In this document: one piece after another, positions 11,265 through 22,495 of the stretch
How positions within the stretch are numbered: position 1 is the stretch's first letter
Layout of the letters: each line of letters opens with the position of its first letter
Source of the DNA: Cyanophora paradoxa CCMP329
Taxonomy: Eukaryota; Plantae; Glaucophyta
Assembly (NCBI GenBank): GCA_004431415.1
Contig: QPMI01000128.1
Span: forward strand, 1-44,802
DNA length: 44,802 nucleotides
Reading direction: 5' to 3'
Notes under the pieces: generated by a model
The model's database searches: none
What the model was told of the DNA's origin: nothing
What the model saw: only the letters and a program-made list of their open reading frames with translations
Program-made: the position numbers and the translations under genes

Positions 11265-12110
11265 TTATGGTGTGGGATCATCGATTACATCAGGTTCCGC
11301 ATAAAACCCTGTTTGAGAGAGAGTATCAGGAGTAACACCTCTAAGAGCTGAGACAGCAGCTATATCTGTTCTGATACCCATAACTGTAATTGTATATTTT
11401 CCAATATCTGTAACAAACAGATCATAGGTGAAATTGTTATTATAAACACAGAATCCTGTGCCAAAATGATCATATCCTTGAACACTGAAATGGTATCTGT
11501 GACCTGGCTGGTTATTGTTGGCTCTACATAAAGAAAGCATTGCAGAAGGAATGACCAACCCTCTCATTACTCTTTTGGTTCCTTCAATCAATTCAGAGTT
11601 TTCAAGTGTGACAGTATAACCTTGGTAAAACTGAATAAGTGGCTGTTGTGCAACTGGTATATATAATCGAATTCGTTGGGGATTCTCTACATTTTGTTCA
11701 AGAGTATCTGGGATATCATTGTATGCAATCGATGATGAAAGTTGACCGGATACACGACATCCACCGCCAAAAAACGCGCCACCTGAACGAATTGTAGCCG
11801 CCGCTGAGTTCTTATCGAAATCGAGAGCTTTTAAATCCACACTGTATGCATCAGGTCCTCCATTTGTCGGTTGAAAGAAGTTAGCATTAGTTACGAGTAG
11901 TCGAGTAGTTTTAACCACACCCGAGTTCTTATCGGCTCGGAGTTCTTTTACACGAATCATTGTATTTTTATCGAAAGAGTTACCGTTAGAATTGGGTCGC
12001 TCTGTGGATTCTAAACCGCGGACTTCATCATTAACTTCATGTTGCCGAAAGTGCATAGCTGGTGATCCAAGCGAATAAATGGGTAGTTGCACACGATTAT
12101 ATTCGCCCAT
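11265..12110 (-). CDS. Putative structural/fibre-like protein, paralogue B
   Basis: 281-aa ORF; N-terminal half clearly aligns with 10411-11241. Confidence 0.6.
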   Translation of the reverse strand: MGEYNRVQLPIYSLGSPAMHFRQHEVNDEVRGLESTERPNSNGNSFDKNTMIRVKELRADKNSGVVKTTRLLVTNANFFQPTNGGPDAYSVDLKALDFDKNSAAATIRSGGAFFGGGCRVSGQLSSSIAYNDIPDTLEQNVENPQRIRLYIPVAQQPLIQFYQGYTVTLENSELIEGTKRVMRGLVIPSAMLSLCRANNNQPGHRYHFSVQGYDHFGTGFCVYNNNFTYDLFVTDIGKYTITVMGIRTDIAAVSALRGVTPDTLSQTGFYAEPDVIDDPTP

Positions 12111-12146
12111 TGCTTCTTTTACTAAGAAGGAAAGAAAAATAAACCA

Positions 12147-12455
12147 TTAAGCCAATGTGATAAGATTAGATCCAAGAGATTGGTAAGCGATTGTTAGACA
12201 TTGGATGTTTGATGTCATCGCTTTAAGGTTAGAATCACATTCGCCGTAACGTGCTACGGGATCACCATAAGCCGATTGCGCAAGTACATTAACCAAGAGG
12301 TTTTTATATTCATGAACAACAGGTGACAGTTTGTTGGTTTGTTGTATTGTTTTTTCGACAGTTTGTAGTGCGGCTACAAGTTTGATAGTATCAAAAGCGA
12401 GAGCGACAGGCTCAGAAGTAGTGGAAGAAGATCCACCGAGTGGATACGTCGCCAT
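12147..12455 (-). CDS. Hypothetical protein (102 aa)
   Basis: ATG-started ORF packed 3 bp downstream of the fibre gene on the same strand. Confidence 0.55.
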   Translation of the reverse strand: MATYPLGGSSSTTSEPVALAFDTIKLVAALQTVEKTIQQTNKLSPVVHEYKNLLVNVLAQSAYGDPVARYGECDSNLKAMTSNIQCLTIAYQSLGSNLITLA

Positions 12456-12458
12456 TTA

Positions 12459-15400
12459 TTATACTGTGACATTTTTAATTTGGTCTATTTGATCTTGTAG
12501 ATCTTTGCATTTCTTAGACAATTCTTTAACAGCTTCTATGAGAACTGGAATTAAACCCGTGTATTCGAGAGAAAGGTAGCCATCATCTTTTTTAACATTA
12601 ACTACCTCTGGTATTACCTTTTGAACATCTTGTGCAATTAAACCTAATTTAGTTCCGTCTTTTTCACTCCCGATTCGTTTAAAACTCACTCCTTCTAATT
12701 TTTCGATTGCTGAAAGAGCGCCGGATATCTTTTTAATATCTGTTTTGTATCTTATGTCACTTCCTTGTGTTAAATATCCTCCTATCCACATCCAACCCCC
12801 ATGATACATGTAACAAATATCAGTATCTTGCTCATTTCGGAATACAAGGGGAATATCTCCCCCTCCTTTCAAATATGTAGAAGTTTGGTTACCGAAATGG
12901 ATACGATGGTATCCATCACTTGAACTAAACCAAGTCCCCACAGTTCCTGTTAATATATTTGGTTTACTATAAACATTATTCCAATGAATATAGCCGGTGT
13001 GACCACCATAACTATGTCCAACCCATATTTTCACGAAACTTATACCCATAATATGAATTCTTCCAATCTTTGGATATATCCGAATTCTTAAAAACCGATT
13101 CCCAAGGAAGATAGGGACATTATTTAAGCCGCTGTGGTTGTTGTCTGCTGATCCTGCATATGGATGATAGTTATTAACGGTTGTAATGAAAATCGCGTTA
13201 CCTTGTCTATTAATGCCCCAAATTTCGAAAAGTCGTGTGTTGCTCCAAGGTAAATGTGTTAAATATGCTGTGCCTGAATGCATTCCACTCGGTATATTGT
13301 ATTCAATCCAAGCCGAAGATGTCTGGTCATCAGTTTCATTATTATGTGCATAACCACCATAACTATAATACGGATCCCATGAGGTGCCTGTTCCAAATGT
13401 CCAACTTCCGGAATAACTATATGGATTATTTCCTGCAACAGCGCCATCCTCTTCATAAAACAATGGAATTGAATTACCATGTATTTGTAAATTTGTAGTA
13501 GCATTAATAGTAGGTGCTGTAATAGTGTTATTCACCCAAAAGTTACCGTTACCATATGATTTTAAGATTGCTGCATCCGCTGAGTTTCTAAATTCGACAG
13601 ATACACCATCACCATTTTCATAACCTCGAATATATGTGGTTTGATTATTTCCAAACCAAAACCGTGGAACATTATCAGTTGATTTTAACCAATTGTCCAC
13701 TGTCCATTTTGCCGTTCCTGGAAGGTCTGCGGCTGAGTAAAATGATGGTTTGCTAAATATATTATCCCAACTTATCAAACCATTCATGGGTGCTGTTCTA
13801 CCTACTTCTTTTGTCCATCCAAGCATTCCAATGTGAATTCGTCCTTTTTTGCGAAAATTCCAATATGTGAGAAATTCCCACAAAATACGGAAGTCCATAA
13901 TAAACTCGAATGCCAAGCTGTGTCGGCTGTGTTTTGAACATTTTGATACGTATTTACTCTCATAATATAATTCCATCGACTATTGCGGTATCCGTAAATA
14001 TCAAAATATCGCCCATTCGTCCAACATAAGTATTGTATGTGACATGTTCTCATTCCTGTCGGCACAGCACACTGCATATATCCATCGCCGCTTGCATCGT
14101 CTGTTTGGTTGCAATAAAATCCTTCTACTGGGTTATCTGTTGTGGGTTTCCATCCTGTGGACCAAGCGCCGGCTGGGAATGATACACCTGCGCTATTCCA
14201 ACCACTCACCACATCAAAATCGGAATATTTGCCGACAGGATTAAAAGCGATATTATCATAATGAATTAATCCAACATCATTATCGGTTGCTCTCTGACGA
14301 CTCCAACCAAATATACCTGTAAAATAAATGCGACCTTTAACACCTTTTACAACAATCTTTTTATAGAAATCACAGTTAATAGAAGTATATATAATAGCGT
14401 TATAGGTTCCATCTTGAATTCCGCTATCTTGTATTGCTTGATAGTGATTAACACGTTTTAGGAAATGCTGATATCCATTAACAGTTTCACCGTAAATATC
14501 GAAATATCTACAATTATGCCAATTTAAAAGTTGAATATAAAACTATTTCATACCTTCTGGAATTGTCCAACGCATCCAACAACCCGTAACATCTGCATCA
14601 TTCTCAGGTATGGTGTAACATCCTGTTTGTCCCGTTCTATGTCCTGTCCAATTAACAGTCCAATTATTTGCGCTTCTGTCTGTCGAAACCACATCTAATT
14701 GATCGAATTCGTAACCTTTCGGTATGGTGGTTCCACCAATTTGTAAAGTGGTAGCATTCACAGTTCCTGTTACAGTTCCACCTGTGAGAGGTAGATAATT
14801 CGCAAGTGCCGCCGCTAATTCTGCATCGGTTGCGTAAGTGCTTAAATCTGCTGAGGTAAGATATCCTTTATTGGTTAGGTAATCATCTGTAACCACACCC
14901 GAAAGGGTTGTATTGTGTAAGTTTTTCGCCGCCATTCTCTGATTGATTTCTAAGGCGCCACCTGATGTTGTTTTTATCCACGCCATCTCACATTTACCGT
15001 GATCATCTGTGGGTTGTCCTGCAACAGGAAGATAGTTTACAACTTTCTCCCTTGTGAATACTATCTTAGGTCTTGCTCCATCATATGCGCTTTGATCCGT
15101 TACATTTACTTGAATTGCTGCTGAAAAATTCTCTACTTGTCCTGTTTCACCCGGGTGATAATTCGTAACATAGATACTGGGGAAAGTATCATTTACTCCT
15201 ACATTGAAATCGCCACTATACACTCCATTTACGATTGGATCCCTGGGTAATCTTACTGCAAGAGTTCCCACCATCGGTGTGCCTTCTTGACCTGTAAACG
15301 ACCCATTGAGACTAACGTAATGATCATTCAAAAATAGCCTTTCATGTGTATTAATCGATTGGTAAAGTGTGACTCCATTAAAAACATTTCCGATTGCATT

Positions 15401-17882
15401 CAATTGTGCAAAAACTGGCTGTTCGTCTATTTCGCTCCAAATGTGACGATGTGTAGATGGTGTAAATGTTAGAGGGACATTATCAATGTCTTCCCAATCG
15501 TGCCTATGGGCGCTGGGTGGAAACGTTAGAGGGACATTATCGAGATCTTCCCAATCGTGCCTATGGGCGCTGGGTTGAAATGTTAAAGGCACGTTATCGA
15601 GATCTCCCCAATCGTGCCTATGGGCGCTGGGTGGAAATGTTAAAGGCACGTTATCGAGATCATCCCAATCGTGCCTATGAGCATCAGGTGGAAACGTTAG
15701 AGGGACGTTATCAAGATCTTCCCAATCGTGCCTATGGGCGCTGGGTGGAAACGTTAAAGGCACGTTATCGAGATCTAACCAATCGTGCCGATGGTCTCCC
15801 GGAGGGAAATTTTCGGGTGGATTTGGGATATTTTCCCATCGAAAATAATCCTCTGTAACAACTCTCGATATATCTTCATTGTGTATATTTTTGGCGCTTG
15901 CTCTTTGATTGATTTCTAATAAACCTTCACCAACTCCGCCATTATAATTCGTTTTTATCCATGCTACCTCACATCTTCTATAATCATCTCGATCTCCTAT
16001 AAAAGTATTAGGTAAAAGACGCTCCCGAGTAAATACTAATTTCGGTCTCGATTGGTCAAAATCACTAACATCTGTTACATTAATTTGTATTGCTGCATCT
16101 TTGTTATCATAACTGTCTGGGTCTAATGGAAGTGACGGTATCGGAGGTAATACTTCTGTCATCGGGATGTCCTCAGGGTAGTAACTTGTTAGATAAATTC
16201 CGGGTTTTGTCTCATACAAACCAAAATTACCGCTAACTTCTAAAATCCCATCTCTTCTGGGTGGTCTAATGAATAATTCGGCTTCCATTCCTGTGCCTGC
16301 TTCTATTCCCATGCGATTAAGGTAGTGGTCATTTAATTGTAATCTTTCTGGTATCTCAATGTTTTGATAGAGACTTACACCATGTTGAAAATCTGTTAAT
16401 ACATTTCCTGCGGATGCGAAAGTAGGTTGTAAGTCGATTTCGTCCCAATTATGCCTATGGTCTGCTGGTGGAAATTCAGGAGGTATGTTATCGAGATCTT
16501 CCCAATCATGTCTATGGTCTTCTGGTGGAAACTTTTCAGGTTTGCCTAAGATCTCATCCCAATCATGGTTGTGATCCTCTGGGGGAAATCGTTCCGGTTT
16601 ATTATTAATTTGCTCCCAATCAATGAATAACTCAAAAAGCTCCGGTTGTAATCCATCTGGTAAAAACTCCTCATCTGGTTCGTTGTTCTGCTCATACTCA
16701 AACTCTTGTGGATCTAAACCATCTGGTAAAAACTCCTCATCTGGTTCGTTGTTCTGCTCATACTCAAATTCTTGTGGATCTAAACCATCGGGTAAATACT
16801 CTTCCTCATTCGGATCATATTGATCATATTCATACTCTTGCGGGTCAAAACCGTCAGGTAAATACTCTTCCTCATCTGGGACAAATTGGTAATCATCAAT
16901 CTCTAAAATATCGATTTCAGGTGGTAAATATTGTTCGTCTATTTGTTTTTTTGGTTCTATAATAGGTTTGTTTCGCACCTGTTCCCAACTTACGATATGT
17001 TGCCCAAATGCTACCGTTTCATCAGCTGTATATTCTCTTCCTGGTTGTTTCTTTGGTGTAAGATCTGGTGGATCCCATGGAAGTGGAAAAGGAACGGGAA
17101 CAGGTCCGTAATGTTCAAATATTTCTCTGATTGTCTTCTCACTTACAAGTTTCTCACCGTTTGCGTACACATTACTACCATGAATATTTCGCCACTGTCT
17201 GGTTCGAATTCCAAGGTCTTTTGTGTTTGAAAACAAAGGAAGTAAATGTCTATCCATTTCGACAAGATCAGGATGTAAATGTATAGCAACAGGTTGGGTA
17301 GTACTACTATTAATGGTTATTGATGGTTTTTTTCGTGTACATCTTTCGGAATAAAGAACCCAAAAGGTTCATTTCTCGCAAAATCATAAGTAATGTCTTT
17401 TGGGTAAACATCATATGTGTTACATACTTGATTTGTAGTGGGAAAACTACCAACTTGCAAGATTTGTGATGACTCGACGATTGGTGTGCTACCTTCATTA
17501 TAAATTCTTAGACCTGTATTTTGTTTACCTTTCTCATCTTGTACATTAAAAATTAATCGCCCGCTATCGAAACGTGTGGGAATATCGGGATGGGTTTGAC
17601 TTGTTTTAAGTTTTCGTTGCCTTCTTGTTGCTTTGATTTCCGCAACCGCGTTTTTTTAACATTGCCCAAACTGAAAGCAATACTAACATCTTCTTTGTCT
17701 GGATCTGTTTGATTCAGCGATAAAGCATGTTCTCTGGCTTGTGTCTTACTGGGTTTATCGGCGCTCTGATCGATAGAAGCCGATCCTTTGATGGTTATAT
17801 TATCGAAATTCACATGTTTCGGGTTTGTTTTACCACCACTTCCTGGTATTGTTTGTAAATTTGCTGGATAATTGAAACTCAT
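12459..17882 (-). CDS. Giant (~1,800 aa reconstructed) fibre/spike protein with HxHxW tail-fibre repeats and C-terminal peptidase S74-type intramolecular chaperone; interrupted in this sequence
   Basis: ORFs 17553-17921, 14543-17257, 13802-14212 and 12459-13976 join into one frame if one A is added at each of three A-runs (17651-17657, 17327-17333, 13845-13850) and the in-frame TAG at 14543-14545 is read through. The C-terminus GSDIRYKTDI...GLIAQDVQKVIPEVV...LEYTGLIPVLIEAVKEL plus coiled coil is the S74 signature. Confidence 0.8.
15430..15830 (-). repeat. Coding tandem repeat, 57-bp unit (HRHDWEDLDNVPLTFPPSA), about 6.5 copies
   Basis: Seen in both DNA and translation; three related units also lie at ~16440-16620. 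Confidence 0.9.
16635..16880 (-). repeat. Coding tandem repeat, ~66-bp acidic unit (PDEEFLPDGLDPQEFEYEQNNE), about 3.5 copies
   Basis: Seen in both DNA and translation. Confidence 0.85.
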
Positions 17883-17931
17883 CCCTGCATGCTCTACATA
17901 TAGAGATTTATTAAATTTCAATAAAGTAAAG

Positions 17932-19491
17932 ATGCCTCAAAAAATTGTTTTAGCGTTGTCGGGCGGGGGTGCGCGTGGTATCATCATAACAAGGTTACTA
18001 ACAGAAATTGAAAATAGAACTGGTAGACGTATAATAAATCTTGTTGATCTTGTAAGCGGAACATCCACAGGTGGTATAATTGCTATTGGGTTAAACATCA
18101 GACATCCTGAGATGCCCTATGAACCAAAACTAACCGCTAACGATTTGCATAATATATATCTTACACAACTTCCGTTAATTTTTGCGAATCCACGAAATAT
18201 CATCGAAAATGCTCTTTTTAATACAAAATACGATGTTGCACCATTGGAAAGTGCGATTTACTCAGTTACTGGTGAATCGCTTATAAAAGATTCTCTAAAA
18301 GACATTGTGATTACATCATTTGATACTCAATATATGAAACCAATATTTATAACAAACGATAACAAGTACAATTTTTTGCCGAATAAAATAGTAGCGCGTG
18401 CTACATCTGCTGCTCCTACATACTTTTCACCTGTAAGTGTTGTAGATTTCAATAATGGCGTAATTGCTTCTCTGATTGATGGCGCAATTTCAGGAAACAA
18501 TAACCCAAGTGTATGCGGTTATAGTCATGCAAAAAAGATTTATAATGATGATGATGAAATTATAGTTATAAGTATCTCTTGTGGTGAGGTTGACGCAAAT
18601 TTAGAATCTGAATATTTCGGATATGCTTATGAGACTGTGAATAGCTGGGGTATTCTTTCATGGATTGCTTCAACAGAAGGAAGCCCATTAATTAATATGC
18701 TAATGGCTGCAAGCGAACTATCGGCTCTTGATAAGATGGAAGAATTACTACCTCCAAATCTTGACCAAGGATATAATAGATATTATCGCCTTTCTGTTCC
18801 GCTTCCAAATGATATAGTTCGATCACTTGATGATACTTCTAAGATACCTGAAATGCTCACATTCACTGAGTCGTATATTGCTGCAAATGACGCTATGATA
18901 AATAGACTCTGTGAGTTACTTGTAACAAACTACGAGATTAAGAACCCTGTCAGATCATATGTATCATCCACTCTTAATAACATACCTCCCATCGATGCTA
19001 ATTGGTATCTTCTGCCGGATAATGCGTTTACCGCTTCTTCTGCAAAATTCGGAAAAGAGGCATTTAAAGCCCGTCCATCATTAACTGGATGGGAAGCGAA
19101 TGCATCCGCCATAAACGGAGTATGGGAAACACCTACTGAATATTTGCAAATTGCTTTTCCATATACATTTGAGGTCGCTTCTATAATTGCGTATGGTTCA
19201 GGTATAACAACTGCCTTTATTAAGACGTTCAATGTTGCGACATTGCAAGATGGTTTAACATGGTCATTCATTAAATCTGATGGTGTAAATAGAATCTTTG
19301 TGTGTGAAAATATAAATAATGCTAATAACTCTGGAGATGTATCATATGCTACGGGTTTCCCACTTATAATTAACGATGAATTTAATATTCGTTATTCTTT
19401 GAGAATTCAATATATTCGAATTTATCCATTAGTATATATAAATGCTCCAACTATGAGAGTCGATGTGACGGGTTCATTTATTAGAAATTAG
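17932..19491 (+). CDS. Patatin-like phospholipase fused to a C-terminal discoidin (F5/8 type C)-like domain
   Basis: Patatin motifs LALSGGGARG, GTSTG (GxSxG), ATSAAPTYF and LIDGA. C-terminus LPDNAFTASS...W...EYLQIAF...DGLTW...YIRIYP...MRVDVTG. Likely ATG at 17932. Confidence 0.9.
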   Translation: MPQKIVLALSGGGARGIIITRLLTEIENRTGRRIINLVDLVSGTSTGGIIAIGLNIRHPEMPYEPKLTANDLHNIYLTQLPLIFANPRNIIENALFNTKYDVAPLESAIYSVTGESLIKDSLKDIVITSFDTQYMKPIFITNDNKYNFLPNKIVARATSAAPTYFSPVSVVDFNNGVIASLIDGAISGNNNPSVCGYSHAKKIYNDDDEIIVISISCGEVDANLESEYFGYAYETVNSWGILSWIASTEGSPLINMLMAASELSALDKMEELLPPNLDQGYNRYYRLSVPLPNDIVRSLDDTSKIPEMLTFTESYIAANDAMINRLCELLVTNYEIKNPVRSYVSSTLNNIPPIDANWYLLPDNAFTASSAKFGKEAFKARPSLTGWEANASAINGVWETPTEYLQIAFPYTFEVASIIAYGSGITTAFIKTFNVATLQDGLTWSFIKSDGVNRIFVCENINNANNSGDVSYATGFPLIINDEFNIRYSLRIQYIRIYPLVYINAPTMRVDVTGSFIRN

Positions 19492-20785
19492 AGCTTTTCA
19501 GTTCCATTAATTGTAAGTTTCTTTAATTCTCTTGTTACTTTGTTTTTTTTCTTTAATCTGGATTGTAATAGCGGTTCTTCTGGGACATCATCCGCTTTTT
19601 CGATGCCTTCCTTACGAATTGCCGAATCAACCCGCGCTTCTTCTTTGGCTTGTTCAAGTGCATCCACTGTTGGTACTTCGTGGAATTCAACACCTTTAAT
19701 GGGTAACAATTCGTGAAAAGCAAACCTCCCTTCGACCATTTCGCCATTCGGATTTCGTAACCGAAACTTAAAACCCTCTCTACCCTCGACAGTATAAACA
19801 ATCCGCGACCAATTGACACCCTGTTTAGCGAATGGGTTCTTTTCTATTCTCACTCTCACAAACATACCTTCTTTGATACCATCTAAGTAAGCCATCGACT
19901 TCTTAAACTTTTCATCTTCTAAACCTATAATTTCTCTATAATGCTCATCTGTGGTTTCTGCTGGTTTCCTCTTAGTTGCTGAATGAACAGTATGATTATA
20001 ATTATACTCAATGTCTCCCAATACATCAAAGAATCGCGCGGTGTTGTTTGCTATACAATAGTTCGTGATAAGCCGCTTGATCTGCTTGTTAAACGCTTCT
20101 ATTCTACCTTGGTTTCGATGATCTGCGACATCGCTAATCTGATGATCGATGAACTTTTTAGCAAGGTATGAGGTAAACATTTTATTTGTAAATTCGCTTC
20201 CACTATCGCTTTGAACGCGTACAATTGGTCGCGGTACTCTTTGTTGTAGTTGCTGAAACGCCGAAAGAGCCGTTATTGCGCTTTTATCTCTCATTGGGAT
20301 GATAAAACCCGTTCTAAGAGTTGATTCCATCACGGACAAAAATGTATCGTATCCATCATTTTGCTTCTTATAAGCCGGGAAAAACAGAAGATCAATTACG
20401 TAGGTATCGAGAGGTTGCCGAATCGGAATCATTGGGTCTCTCTTTCTTGAAAGAGTCGGTGCGTTTATCTGAACGACTTCCTGTTTATCATACCATTCTT
20501 TCATCTTCTTGTAGTTTTCCTCAGGAAGTTCTTTTCTCATTGCACCAAAACCTTATAACCGGTGCGCGGATCATAAAACTTCTTCGCAATCTTTGATTCT
20601 TTCGTTACAGTCTCAGTAGGTAATGTCTTCGGGATCAGTCCTTTAACCATCTCAGACTTCTTTAAGATTCGTGTGTTCTTCTCTTCGACCGGAATGGTTA
20701 TAGGTAGTGTGTAACCTTGATCATCTTTTAAACTTTTCTTTACGATTTTTGGAGTAGGTCTTAAACCAATCTGTGCTGAGGGCAT
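19488..20785 (-). CDS. Retroviral-type (rve, DDE) integrase of the outer element; one apparent frameshift near 20550
   Basis: YVIDLLF, VQSDSGSEF, GRIEAFNKQIK, YNHTVHSATKRKP. The upstream ORF 20537-20785 ends in KFYDPRTGY, the usual Polinton integrase N-terminal YDP..G motif, and joins the main ORF if one base is added. Confidence 0.9.
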
Positions 20786-20970
20786 CTTTACTTTATTTTC
20801 AATATATTAATAATGGATAATCCGGTTTGGACAGAACACCCGATACCAAACTACTTTGAAATTGCACCGACAGACCCGGGGTTAAAGTGCATATGGTTGT
20901 TAAATCTGATCCGAGGTATATTATTGCTTGGGGATCGCAAAAATAAAAAGAGAAGTATTGAACAAGTATA

Positions 20971-22105
20971 TCAGACACCGAATGGGAAACTGTGAATGCC
21001 GTCGTCAAATATTTTCCGTTTGCTATCGAGTTGGTTTAGAGCCACCCTTCTGCTCTCCAAGTCATATAAGTTGTGGTCTTGTCGTTGCTTGTTTCTTACT
21101 GTTACTGTTTTTGTGATGCCTTCAAATAGACATTTCTTAAAATCATCAAAGTGAATTTCTTTCGAAGAAGTCCCCGACATCTTTACTTTTTCGTTGGTCT
21201 CAGTTCTGAAAGCGTAAAGTTTCGATCTCAGACCTACATACTCTACGATCTTTGCATTTGGAAACTCATTTTTATATTTACCAGGAACCATGCGATTCTC
21301 GAAATTCATTAGAGGATGTGATTTATCATAGTTACTTCTATCGAGATGTTCACCTATCTCTTTCATATCTTCGTTGAGATTCTTGGTTTTCAGGAACAAA
21401 CAAAACGAATCGGTATCGTGAAACAGTAGTTTAGCTGAGTCCCATTTCTTCCTGATCACATCATAGAAGAATTGATAATTATGTAGTTTCGCGAAATCCA
21501 AAACGAAAGCGCCAATTGCTACGGGTTTATCTAAGTTTACATGCTTCGAATACATTTCAAACGCTATCGCATTTTCGTTTATTACATTGGTTGCCTTGAT
21601 AAGAGGACTTGCTGCGTATTTCTTACACAATTTCTCACTATTAGCGATCTTGACAGTTGAGCGACCCCTACAAGATTCCAAGCATTTTCCATAAATTGCA
21701 TTGTTCATTAGTTTGAAAAAGTCACTTTCAAAAGTGTTAGTTGATTCGTGGCGTAGAAGAGTATTTAGACCAATATAAGATTTCATGAATGGTGAGGTTG
21801 CAAATGAGAGAACTTTATGTATCTTAGTAATAATTACACCTTTTTCGACGATGTAGTTAAGAAGAGGTCGAGCAATCACGTACTTATATTTAGGTGTAAA
21901 AGACGCTGTGAGTTTGGGGTCTTTGCTAATCTTCTCACCTGTCATTTCTAAAAGTTTTCGTTGATAATCTCCGAGCATATCTTTGGTAATCAATTCTTTA
22001 TTCACAATGAGTGGGAAATCATAATGATCTTCAAGGAATGTCGGGTATTCAAGATCAACTTCAATAAATGCACTTCGCCCTTCAACCTCTTTAAGTGCCT
22101 CTGTG
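20971..22105 (-). pseudogene. 3' half of the outer element's protein-primed family B DNA polymerase, disrupted by insertion
   Basis: FIEVDLEYP, motif B FFKLMNNAIYGKCLE, motif C FHDTDSF, GKYKNEF and VGLRSKLYAF. The reading frame is cut at the TSD at 22101-22105. Confidence 0.93.
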
Positions 22106-22495
22106 AGCTCAGCTTGGCGCGGTGTCTCCAACAATTAAATCCGCGGATCCTTACCATTCACCGTAACAGCACCGAATCTAATCGAAAATCACCGTAAGGC
22201 TCAGTGTCACGATCGATAATTTCGGTTTCACGACCGATCTTCATCGATTCACTCGATCCAATTCATCTTTTTATGCGCGGTGTCTCCCACAATTACGCAC
22301 GATTTCGCACGATACACAGTGAGACGACCACTGCACGATCGATAACCGCACCATTTACCGTCGTAAAGAGAATTCGTCTTTTTTCGCGCGGTGACTTCGT
22401 TAAGTCGGCAGAATGCCTCTTCTCCCACGATTCACAGTAACTTTTAACCAAAAGTTTAATAAAAATAAATCATGCACGACTTCTTAGATTATACT
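22106..22495 (+). repeat. Left terminal inverted repeat of the inner PLV
   Basis: Reverse complement of 39901-40280; starts with AG. Confidence 0.95.

Noticed and set aside
15466-15858. 130-aa + strand repeat ORF
   Set aside because: It is the antisense shadow of the 57-bp coding repeat in the fibre gene.
9529-19491. Bacterial prophage or contaminant (SpeD, S74 fibre)
   Set aside because: The region is continuous with a Polinton-type rve integrase and pPolB, has no terminase, portal or HK97 genes, and abuts intron-containing eukaryotic DNA.
13845-20560. Programmed ribosomal frameshifting in the fibre and integrase genes
   Set aside because: Each break is a single missing base, mostly in A-runs, which is typical of long-read error.
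22099-22106. 7-bp TSD (TCTGTGA) for the inner PLV
   Set aside because: It is formally possible by shifting both ends one base, but AG...CT termini with a 5-bp TSD fit rve-integrase elements better.
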